DNA from: an uncultured Acidobacteriota bacterium
GTDB lineage: Bacteria > Acidobacteriota > Polarisedimenticolia > J045
Direction: 5' to 3'
DNA length: 64,000 bases
Assembly: GCA_963702425.1 (NCBI GenBank)
Contig: CAVPCQ010000037.1
Coordinates: forward strand, 96,001 to 160,000
Position numbers and translations under genes: made by a program. Of the stretch, positions 1 through 9,810 are shown in pieces. The stretch's first letter is position 1; the number at the start of each line of letters is the position of its first letter. The notes under the pieces are model-generated. The model saw nothing but the letters and a program-made list of their open reading frames with translations. It did not search any database and had not been told where the DNA came from.

Positions 1-582
1 GACAACGATATCAGATCGGGAGCACTCTGCGTGCGATCGAACATGCCGTGGACAGCGGCAGAAAGGACGATCCCCATGGATGACCACCCCAGACTTGAAT
101 CAGAAGCTGAGGCCCTTGCACGGTTCCGCGCGGCTTTCGGCACCCCCGAGGAGATGTTCGCGCTAGGGCCTGGCGTCGGTCTGCGCGATCATGGACGCGG
201 AGGAGCGGGGCGAGACCACCGCGTCACCGTCGGAGTTCCTGGCAAGGCACCCGGAAGTCGTGCGCGTGATCGCCCGCAAGGCCCGCGAGGCCGCGGCTGA
301 GTTCCACGCGCGACGAGTGCCGGTCCGTCCCCCGATAGTGCGCCGGATGATTCGCTGCGCTCCCCGCCGGCTAGCTGTCAGGAGTCACCGAAGGGCCGCC
401 CGGGCGCTCCAGAAGACCGGCACCGACGACGACGGCCCCGAACCTGACCCAGCCGCTCGGCTGGGGTTCTTTCCTGACAACCTGTCCCCGGTAGCCGCGG
501 CCGTCGTCGTCGTCTATCTGGCCGCGTCCCTGGTGGGCTTCGCTGTCGGCTCCGCGCTGGCCTGGTGTTGCAGTGACGGCAG

Positions 583-746
583 CCTGTTGAACCTGGCGAA
601 GCCGCGGAGCGGCTGCGGTGTTAGGTCTCCTGGTACGCAAGCTGTCGCGGGTCGGGCAGCTAGAAACGGTACTGATAGGGCGCCTGCCGCGCTACACAGA
701 AGCCGCGCTAGACGACTACGTACAGCGCAGCACGAAGCGCGTCTAG
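583..746 (+). pseudogene. Excisionase/AlpA-like HTH DNA-binding protein, disrupted
   Basis: Reading across frameshifts gives LLNLA-EAAERLRC*VS-LVRKLSRVGQLETVLIGRLPRYTEAALDDYV, an HTH_17-like pattern; in-frame TAG at 622-624; boundaries approximate. Confidence 0.6.
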
Positions 747-1149
747 ACCTGGCAGTCGCGCGGCGCAGAGGTGCGAGGTGAGCGCGGCCGCGTCTAGTCC
801 ACGCGCCCCCGCCCCGTCTTCCAGCTGGTCCACTCTTCCAGCGGGCAGCAGATCTAGGAGCTGCGCGTGGCAGATGCGAGGCTAGCTGGCGTAGAGGCAG
901 CGCTGGCAGGCGGCGATCTGGCTCTCGCGCAACGGCTGGTTCGCTAGGCGCTAGACGACTGGCAGCGGTGTCGCGATGACGGCACTCGCCGCGGACAGCG
1001 TGCACGAAGTCGGCAGGGCGGTACTGGCTAGCGTACTGGTAGGCGAGCGAGCGCGGCTGGACAAGATCTAGAGTAGCACTTCTCGCGCGAGCTGGCAGCA
1101 GTCTGGTAGACAGACGTAACCTGCAACGGGCAGACGGGGAAATAGACAA

Positions 1150-2392
1150 GTGGCTCTGATGACCTGCGCGAACCTGAACGAGGAATAAGTCGCCGCCCTG
1201 GTAGGCGCAGACGAGCGCCACCTGATACTGTCCGCGGCGGCGGGCGTGGAGAAGCTGGCAGAGTACTTGCGCAGAAGAGAGGTAGCTAGGCTGGCAGAGA
1301 CGTTCCGCGAGCGATTCCTAGACGGCGACGGAGAAGAGACGTGGACGCGCTGCTGGCCGCTCACGATGCCGCCGTCCGCCGGCCGGACACGCTCGCGCTC
1401 GTCTCACCGGCAGAGCTGGCGCCGCCACGAGCCGGTACAGTGGATCATACCGCACTACGTCGCCACGGGCAGACGTGACGCTACTCGCCGGCGACGCGGG
1501 CAGCGGGAAGACATGGCTCACAGAGAACTGGGCTCTAGAGGTAGCTCTGCGCGGTGAGAAGGTACTGGAGTGGCAGGCAGAGCACGAGCTCCGGCTGGCG
1601 TCTCTGCGGGTACACAAGCTGCTAGGCGGCGCTGGCGCCGCTACGGAGGCAGTCGCTTAGTGGCGGTTACTGATACAGCCTGACCTCGACTCTCGACAGA
1701 TGCCGGCCTCGCGGCTCTCCGCGCTCTGATAGAACGCGAGCGCTCCGCTCTGGTAGTCTTCGATTCTCTGGTATGCGTCATGGGCAGCGCTAACGAGGAC
1801 AAGGCAGAGGAGGTCTCGGCGTTCTTAGGCAGCGTGTTCGTTCAGATCGCTAGGGACTACGGCTGCGGCGTCCTGGTACTGCACCACTTGCGGAAGCAGT
1901 CCGGGTCAGACGATAGCGGCAGCCTCCAGCACAAGGTCCGCGGCTCCTCCGATCTGCGCGCCGCCGTCGGGTACGTCCTGGTACTAGACCGCAACGGCGA
2001 GACGAGCACCTCTGGCAGACGAAATGCCGCTGGCAGCCAGAACAGCCGCTCGTCGGAATCCAGATCGAGGAGTGGACCACGGCGTCCGGGTCTCTGTCAA
2101 GGGCGCTGCAGACGCAGAGGTACTGATACTGAACAGCCTCGCAGATGCCGGACGGGCAGGGATGCTGCGCACGGAGCTGCGAGACCTGCTGGCAGAGCAC
2201 GGCGTCCGGGATACAGATAAGGCAGCGACGAGGACTCTCGGCTCTCTGAAGCGTAAGCGTCGCGTTGCGTGCACGGATACGGCAAGGCCGGGACAGCTAC
2301 TGGCTCCGCGACCACGCTCCGAAAGAAGCGCTGGAGGCGTCCGAGTGAGCTCAGAATACGGACACAACACGGACACTTTCACGGACAGATAA
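1150..2392 (+). pseudogene. AAA_25/RecA-like replication ATPase (primase-helicase type), fragmented
   Basis: PVQWII, Walker A GDAGSGKT (about 1490-1513), Walker B LVVFDSL, VLVLHHLRK and RGSS motifs spread over several frames with stops. Confidence 0.75.
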
Positions 2393-2459
2393 GAATACGG
2401 ACAGCTACTAGGCATAGCCGTATACACGCACGGACAGAGTACGGACAGATAAAAGGACA
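2358..2459 (+). repeat. Iteron array, probable replication origin
   Basis: ACGGACA at 2358, 2369, 2381, 2397, 2430, 2441 plus AAGGACA at 2453; mostly 11-12 bp spacing; at the 3' end of the replication ATPase. Confidence 0.7.
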
Positions 2460-2655
2460 TACGCTCGGAGGCGGGAGGCTCGCTGCCGCTCGCGCCGTCC
2501 CGCCACCGGGCAGACGTTATGTCGGGCGAATAGTGATCGTCTACAGGCACCGCGAGGCAGGGCGCATGACAGTCCCTTTCAATGCAGAAACACCCAATAG
2601 ATATAACGGTTCAGTGTAGATTTGGGTGGGCGCGGGCTTCTACATCGCCGCCCCT

Positions 2656-2704
2656 GAAAAAACGAACCTGTCCGCGGCCGCTGTTTTTTCTGAACCTGTC
2701 CGCG
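2656..2704. promoter_or_regulatory. Candidate packaging (cos/pac-like) or regulatory site upstream of terS
   Basis: Direct repeat GAACCTGTCCGCG at 2664-2676 and 2692-2704; inverted GAAAAAA (2656-2662) / TTTTTTC (2684-2690). Confidence 0.35.
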
Positions 2705-2771
2705 AGCAACGGCAGACGACACATTTGCACGCGCGGGTAAGTAAGGATACAGCTCTGAGAGGAGGCACCAC

Positions 2772-3190
2772 ATGAGCACGAGAGGTCAGATCGCGAAGTC
2801 TCACGCCGCGGCTCGCTGCGGCCACTACGGGCTCGCCAGCAAGGTAGCGCAGGTGTCGCAGAGCGATAGGCAGTTGCAGACGACGGCGCAGTCCTGGCTG
2901 CCAGAGGAGGCTCGGGCGATCTACCTCGCAGCGCTCGAGGCGCTGGTAGGTAGGGCAGGTGTAGAGGCGGTAGAGGTACTGTGCGGGTACGCGCTGGCGG
3001 TGGCAGAGCTGCGCCGGCAGACGGCGGCGGCGCGACAGAACAGGGCGGCGATCAGGGCAGAGCACGCGTGGTGCTGGCCTACGCGACGGCGCTCGGGCTA
3101 AGCTCTGCCGGCAGGGCTAGTCTACGAGAGCTGAAACAGGTTGATCAGATGACAGAGCGCGAGGCGACGATCGCCTCGCTGATTAGATGA
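2772..3190 (+). pseudogene. Phage terminase small subunit (P27-like), frameshifted
   Basis: GGAGG RBS; AQSWLPEEARAIY resembles P-x-WL-x-x-EA; C-terminal ALGLSSAGRASL resembles LGLTPxxRA; frameshift near 3063. Confidence 0.6.
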
Positions 3191-3202
3191 AAGGAGACGG
3201 AA

Positions 3203-3613
3203 ATGCAGATAGGGTTGAATGTGACAGAGAGCCGCAGTACGGTGCGCCACACGGAGAAGACGCACTGATTCAAAGACGCCGCTCTGAGCGCGGCTGTACG
3301 ACTGGGCGCAGATTCGCTGTGCCGCTGTGGCAGGCCGGACAAGCCGGGTCACGAACAATGCCTAGTCGCGCTCGCGACGCTGGCGATAACGCACCTCAAG
3401 CTGTTGCGGGGGGTGCTGGCGGCCGGCGACGCGGACGCGGTGCGGCGAGACTACACAGAGACGGCGACGGTACTGAAGCTCGAGGCGGAGCTGCTAGAGG
3501 AGTTGGTGCGGACGCGGGTGAACGCGCCGCAGGGCTAGACCGCGCAGAAGGTGACGAAAGAGATTCGCCGTCTCGACGACGGTAGTTTCATCATAGAGGA
3601 ACGGACCGCGTGA
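3203..3613 (+). pseudogene. Hypothetical protein with two in-frame stops
   Basis: AAGGAG RBS, ATG 3203, coherent 136-codon frame interrupted by one TGA and one TAG. Confidence 0.5.
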
Positions 3614-3700
3614 ACCTGACCACGAACACCCAACGAGGGGCGTCTGCGAAATCTCTGTCGGCCCCGACACCGCGCCAGAGGGCGCACGAAGGGACAGACC

Positions 3701-4968
3701 ATGAGTGACGCACGAATCAGCGAGCTGGTACAGGAAGAGGTAGCGGCCTACTGGAGCAAGCAGAAGTACAGGAGGCCGGACGAGGTGAGCGAGGCGGTGG
3801 CAGCGTAGAAGCGGGTAGTGACGCGGCGGGCTACCGGGGCAGGGCGGGGTCGGCGAAGATGGAGGCGATCTTCCCGGCGCTAGAATCCGGGATGACAGGT
3901 AGGCCGCTGCCGGTGAAGCCGCTGGCGCAGCGCGGGGCGGAGGCGGCCCGGCACGCCGGGGACTTCTGGAGTGACCTGCGAGCGGCGGCGCTGGACCATC
4001 TGTCCGGTCAGAGGGTAGCGCAGGGGCTGCTGGCGGCGGCCACGGGGCTCGGTCAGCAGGTTCAGAGCGAGGGCGGCTACCTGACGCCCCCGCAGCAGGC
4101 GTCCGCGATCTGGGACGCGCTGAACAGCAGTGTCAACGCGCTGTCGACGCTGTGCGACAACCACACCGTCACCGGCGAGTCGCTGAGCCTGCCGGCGAAC
4201 GCGGAGACGAGCCGAGTGCAAGGCAGCCTGTACGGCGGTCTGACGACCTACTGGGTAAACGAGGCAGACCAGATCACGGCGAGCAAGCAGAAGTTCCGGC
4301 TGCTGAAGCTAGAGCCGCAAGAGCTGATCGCTCTGTGCTACGTGAAGGACAAGGTACTGAACAACAGCGGCGAGGCGCTGGGCGCGTACCTGGAAGTCGC
4401 GGCAGGGATAGCGCTCGGGCACAGGCTAGACGCGGCGATAGCGGGAGGGATAGGGACAGGCCAGCGGCTAGGGCTCCTCAACGCGGCGTACACGGTGTCG
4501 GTAGCTAAGGAAGGCGGTCAGGCGGCGGCAACGGTAGTGCCGCAGAACGTCGCGAAGATGGTAGCGCGGCTGCATCACGGGGCGCACGGGACGGCGCGGT
4601 GGATCATGCACCCGACGGTGTACGCGCAGCTGCTACAGTTGGTGACCACGACGGCGGTCGGGAAGGGCGGGTACAACCTGTTAGATCCGGCGACGCGGAC
4701 GCTGGCTGGCTTCCCGCTCACGGTGACAGACGTGCTGCCGGTGCTCGGGAAGGTAGGAGACCTGATACTGTGGGATCAGACGAGCTACGCGGTCGGGAAG
4801 CGCGGGACTGAGCAGGCGGTGAGCATCCACGTCCGCTTCGACTACGGGGAGAGCGCCTACCGCTTCAAGCTCTCAGTAGACGGCCAGCAGTGGCTAGACT
4901 ACGAGATCACGCCGGCGGTGGGGTAAGACACTCTGAGCACGGCAGTGACGCTGGCGACGAGGACCTAG
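3701..4968 (+). pseudogene. HK97-family major capsid protein; open core 3859-4926, N- and C-termini cut by stops and a frameshift
   Basis: SEGGYL, ETSR..GSLYGG..YWVNEA, ARWIMHP, LG.VGDLIL, SIHVRFDY, VDGQ motifs; frame continues past TAA 4924-4926 as DTLSTAVTLATRT to TAG 4968; ATG 3701 frame has TAG at 3806. Confidence 0.8.
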
Positions 4969-4971
4969 GCC

Positions 4972-5451
4972 ATGTTAGCGAAGCAGAAGAAACGAGAAGT
5001 GATAGTGCGCACGTCGCGCGGGACGCTGGCAGAGCAGTTGGCAGCGCTCCGCGCGGCGCGGCGAGGCAGTCTGGCTGGGGTAGAGCAGAAGCGGCACGCG
5101 GCGGCGGTAGAGGCGGCGCGTCTGATGGACGCGTCTTTCCTCGCGATGCAGAAGCTCAGAGCGGTAGATTCAGAGGCGCACGGGGTAGAGTACGGTCTCG
5201 ACCTGGAGGAGCACGAGCTCTCGTGCAGGCTGGCAGACACGGCGTCGCCGGTGATAGACGAGTATCTCGAAGCGCTCGACGCGTGGTGGCAGAAGCACCG
5301 CCACGAAGTGCCGGAGGCAGGGCCGGACGAGACAGACGCAGAGGCGAGGGCGGCGCACCGCCGGCGGGTAGCACGGTTCCACGAGGTACGGCGCGAGGTG
5401 CTCGAGCTGCGCGTCGCCGAAGTTCCAGACCTGCATGACCGGCTCGGATAG
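4972..5451 (+). CDS. Hypothetical helical/coiled-coil protein of the element
   Basis: 159-aa ORF starting 4 nt after the extended capsid frame. Confidence 0.5.
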   Translation: MLAKQKKREVIVRTSRGTLAEQLAALRAARRGSLAGVEQKRHAAAVEAARLMDASFLAMQKLRAVDSEAHGVEYGLDLEEHELSCRLADTASPVIDEYLEALDAWWQKHRHEVPEAGPDETDAEARAAHRRRVARFHEVRREVLELRVAEVPDLHDRLG

Positions 5452-5647
5452 TTCGCGCGGGAGATCGGTCTCGCGTGGATGCCGCCGCTGCCGGTGGCCT
5501 GACGAGGGGGCGGTAGTGACAGCGCGGGCCGCTCTGCTGGGTACCGGTCTCCTGGTAGAGCCGGTCCCGGTTGTACGACCCGCGCGGATTCTCTCCGGGG
5601 GACCTGGTCGCATCGCGCGGCAGGGCCCCGCAGTTACGGAGGTGTTC

Positions 5648-5863
5648 ATGCGTGACGTGAGCGAGGCGCAGCGCCGGACGGCCGAACGGGCGGCGGCGCG
5701 GATCTTGGCGGACCTGCCGGGGATCATCGCGGCCGGCCGCGCCATGGGCGGCGACGTGGGCGCGGTGGCGGCGCTGGCGCTGCTGTTCGGGGAGTTGAGC
5801 AGGCGCGGCGTGCTGCCGGCGGAGCTACGAGACCCGGGACCGACGCCGGAGGTGCTGGCGTGA
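5648..5863 (+). CDS. Small hypothetical protein
   Basis: GGAGG RBS before ATG 5648; stop overlaps next GTG. Confidence 0.45.
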   Translation: MRDVSEAQRRTAERAAARILADLPGIIAAGRAMGGDVGAVAALALLFGELSRRGVLPAELRDPGPTPEVLA

Positions 5864-6389
5864 GCACGCTCGACAAGGTTCTCAGGGTGCAAGAGTTGTA
5901 CCGGACCGGGGTGTCCCGCTTCACTCTGCCGTCGCTGGACCGGCCGTTGAGCGACGCCGACCCGGACGGGCTGGCGCTGATCGACGTACTGCGGTCGCCC
6001 GACCCGTCACGGAGGCCGAGGCCGTAGACGCCGACCTGCGGCGCCGGCTGGCCGACCGGATGATGGCGCGGCTCGACGATCGGCAGCGGGCAGTGCTGTT
6101 CGCCCGGTTCAGCGGCTGGACGCTGGAAGATACCGGACGGTACTGCGGGCTGTAGCGCGAGCGAGTGCGCCAAGTCGAGCGCGAAGCCGGCGCGAAGTTG
6201 GCGGCCGAGGACTGGCCGCCCCCGGAGCCGATGCCGCTCGGCCGGCCGCGTAGCGAGCACCCCGAGGCCGACCCGCGGCACGCCCGGATGCGCGAGCTGT
6301 GGGATCGGCTGCGCAGCCTTCGCTGCTATCGAACGAACGCGAGCGGCTGGAGGCCGAGCACCGGGAGCTGGCCGCGGCGCTCCGGGTAG
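5860..6389 (+). pseudogene. Sigma-70 region 3/4-like HTH protein, disrupted
   Basis: SLDRPL, LDDRQRAVLFARF, WTLEDTGRYCGL*RERVRQVE matches the sigma region 4 GLSRERVRQIE motif; TAG at 6153-6155; frameshift near 6010; 3' end uncertain. Confidence 0.7.
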
Positions 6390-6847
6390 AGGGACCGCGC
6401 CGGTGACGAACCTCCGCAGGATCTACGCGCTGCCCCGCAGCCTGCGGTGCGGGATCGACGCGATCGCTTGGAGAGAACGGCACGCATTCCCGATCCCGCC
6501 CGAGCGCGTCGAGCTGACGGCCCCTATCGGCAGCGAGCCGGCCGAGATTCTGGGCGGCATCGCCGAACGGATGGCGCAATGACGGCCGCCGCTCGGAGCG
6601 GCTGTCAATACGGTTCCTCTTCCTTCTTCTCAGGTTTTTCCAGGCGCAGCTTCACTTTCAAGGCAGCGCACTCGGTGGCATTGAAACCGACTTTTTCAAG
6701 GAACCTCGACTCACCCATCGCATCCGCTTTGACTAGCAGTTCCTCCGGTGTTTCAGATTCCGTAATAACCATAGCGCCGGCAGTTCGAAACTCCAGCAAT
6801 GGACTCAATGCGAGCACATCTAAGCGCTTTCTGGCCTTCTTGAGGTC

Positions 6848-7563
6848 TTAGAACGGATGCGTCGCGGAACAGACGTCGCCCAAGTCAACTTCATCTGTCG
6901 CGGAACCGTATTTGAGGAACTCCGGTGTATAGAGCACTGTCGGGGTTGACGCTCTATACGGCAATTCGATATTCGTGGTCAGATACTCTGCTCGTGTGAT
7001 AGCGCGGACTCGTTCTAGAATCTCCTCTGCGATTTCCCTAAGATCTCGTTGCGATTTCCCACCCCCTGCTTTCGGAAGTTCCGCAGCGATCGCACTGAGA
7101 CTCTTCTCCAGTTCAGGCCACCAGACACGAGCAATGTGTCTTATCACTTCCTCGGGCTTCCTGGATTCATCTGGCTGTGCCCTGTTTAGGGCGAGTAACA
7201 GGTCGCGGGTTCCATCCTTGTCCGCATCTACTGCCTGGAACTGCCCGAGAGGCGCGGACAGGTCCGCCTTGTTGATGCCGATTAGGTACGGACAAACAAG
7301 CGAACCGGCGAGGTCTCTGGCGATCGCGCCGGCCTCGAAGTGCACCCATGGCGCGTCCTTGTTCTCCGGCGTGAGACATACAACCGCGATCCTAGAACTC
7401 GCGAGTCGATCTGCGAGCGCTACCGCTCATCGGCTGCTCGCAGAAATATCACTGGAAGAAACCGTCTCAAGTTTAGCATCGCTCGTTCGAGCTATTTCGC
7501 GAGCGCTTGTGCCACTAACTTGCTTCGGTTGCAGGACCACGAGATGAAGACGCTCACGCTCAT
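6848..7563 (-). pseudogene. TIR-domain protein (TIR_2 type), probable defence cargo, inactivated
   Basis: MSVSVFISWSCNRSKLVAQALAK*L...SSDISASSR*...VVCLTPENKDAPWVHFEAGAI...PLGQFQ; stops at 7492-7494 and 7427-7429 plus a frameshift; may continue into ORF 6605-6817. Confidence 0.8.
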
Positions 7564-8059
7564 TCGCACACCTCGCAACGTCGTAACGGAGCGATCGGGG
7601 CTGTGACACACACTTGTGCAAGGGGTTGGGCTCTGGCTCGCACGTCACGTCGCTGGCTTGTCTGCAAGGGAGATGCTTGCGAAATGAGGGTTGGCGGTCA
7701 AGGGGTCGCGGGGAACGTCTGTACAGACATGTATAGAGCTCTGGCGCTGCTCTGACTGGGTTGGGTATGGCGCTGATCTCGCTGGTTGGTTGGGGCGCTG
7801 CTCTACAGTTGTCTCGGGGGTGGCGTCTAGAACGGGTGAGGTACGCGGTTTATAGAGCGACATAGATCTGGACGGAGCGAACGCATTATTCTTTGTGCGC
7901 TCACTTACAGAAAGGAACATCAGTCTCTTCTGCTCGCCTCTTTGTTCTCTCTATTGCGCTGAGAATGTAATAGACAGATAGCTCAAGCACCACAAGGGTG
8001 ACGTAGCAACAGACGGCAAAGGAATGTCGATATAAGAATGTAGTGGCTTGGCTCATGAT

Positions 8060-8310
8060 CTAGAGAGCGAGGTAGGGAAAAAATAGAAACATAAAGGTAC
8101 GAATGAGTATCGTACACGGGACTAGCACGATCATGCGAAGCACATACGAAGTTTTCTCGGAGCGGCTCATGTCAGGCCAGAACTTCATGATAGTGTAAAT
8201 GGTGCGCTGGCAAGATGGGCATCGGACAATAGGCGGGATAATCACTCTTTGGCGTAGAAGGACGTCTCGAGGACGTGGTTACAGTGGGGACACGTGTAGT
8301 TCGAGTTCGT
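8060..8310 (-). pseudogene. Zn-ribbon membrane protein remnant
   Basis: YTCPHC and VRCPSC in adjacent frames followed by a hydrophobic segment. Confidence 0.3.
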
Positions 8311-9167
8311 ATCTGATCTTCTCTAGGCAACTAGACAGGAACGTTCTACAAAACTATTTGTGAGCAGGGCTATGCTCTTTCGCTCGTCACTCGCTGGAGA
8401 GGTATGCTCGCGCTGTCAGCTCACTAAGACGGTGACGGGGTTATCGGACATCGCAGCGTCTACTAGACGGTGCATTTTTTGATATTGATAGCGTTAGGCT
8501 TCGTAGCTGCTTGATCTCGCAAGGATGGACGATTGCAATAGCTAATAGAAGAAGAGGGCCATCTAGAACAGCATCTCAATAGAAAACAATAGTAGTCTGA
8601 GAGCGGTGCTTACAGAAGATAGAGATTGCACAACAAGTGATCAGCGAGGTTTGGAACGCAAACATCAGGGAGTTGCTTTCTTGGGTGCGTCGTATAGGAG
8701 TAGAAGAACATATACGGCGCTGCTGCGACTCTGTATGCTCACATCGTGGCGGCTCAACTGGGATTGATGCTGGGGTGTCGGTCAGAGAGATAAAAACGGC
8801 TCAGACAGAGACGACAATCAACACGAATTTGTAGGCGATTTCTAAGAAGATAAGGACGAGCGCAGTCTCTCACGCTCGCGGGCTGCCGCATACTGGGATG
8901 CGGACCCAGGAGGTATGACGGCACATGGCTAGAGTAAGGGCTGGGACGCTGCTGAGTAGGAAGGCGATTACAACGAAGATTAAGTGCACTTCGCTTGCAG
9001 GAAAAGTGAGATTGCTGATATCGGCACGGACAAGAATGCAGCTGCGAGGATCACTACAGGATGTTCGCGACGAGGGGGGGAATACTAGGGGGATATAGAT
9101 TGGGGACGCGTCTTATGACTATACACGTTCAGCTTATGATGTGCTACGCATGTCGAACAGACAATAC

Positions 9168-9617
9168 TCAGCTCGATGATGCGGGTTCGTAGATGTTGGT
9201 GCTGCACAGTGACATCTCAGGGCTCCCATCTCTTGCGCAGGTTCTCGTGCTGCTGACGACTCGCGTTATCTCGACGGTTTTCAAACTCTTGGTCTGAGGC
9301 GCGTTCTGGCAGTTCGGGCAGGAACGATAGCTGTTCGTCTTGACAATCAGGTGAACGAGTTTCCGCTGCGTGTAGAGACAGTTGGAACAGAAGGGCTCTC
9401 GGTTGTCGTTAGTACAGATGGCGTTGTCTTCGAATAGAGTGGTCGCGCGAATCTCAAGGTGCTCTTTGAGTGTCAGATTCTCGGCCTCCAATTCGGCGAT
9501 CTTCTTCTGTGCGTCGCTCAGATCGTCCACGACCACAAGGAGCGCCTGTTTGGGTTCGAGGTTGGCAATCCCCTTACTGACCTCGAGGATCGTCTTTATC
9601 GAGTCAATGAGCTCTAT
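9168..9617 (-). pseudogene. Coiled-coil plus Zn-ribbon protein; start codon reads ATA
   Basis: GGAGG RBS then ATA GAG in frame with ORF 9168-9536; IAELEAEN coiled coil; PFCSNC and CPNC. Confidence 0.55.
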
Positions 9618-9810
9618 GTGGCCTCCCGAATGTTAGACCGCATGGTACGATCTTACTCGAAGCGGGACCGCCGAGCGTTGATAGCGCGCGACGGCCCCTA
9701 ACGCAAGGCGTGAAAGGCCACGCGATGCGCTGTCCCGATTGTAACCAACTTCACCGCAAACGGGGACCGCTTGCGCCGTCGTGCGCTGCCCGCGCGCGGA
9801 GGGCGTCTTA

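Noticed and set aside
560-9650. Stop-codon (TAG) reassignment in the element
   Set aside because: In-frame TAA and TGA also occur, TAG replaces both Ser and Trp, Pro>Gln missense changes accompany them, and no suppressor tRNA is present. Substitution explains all of these.
560-9650. Diversity-generating retroelement, or simple restriction-site avoidance
   Set aside because: DGRs mutate adenines in a short variable repeat and need an RT plus template repeat, neither seen. Site avoidance would be synonymous and would not create nonsense codons.
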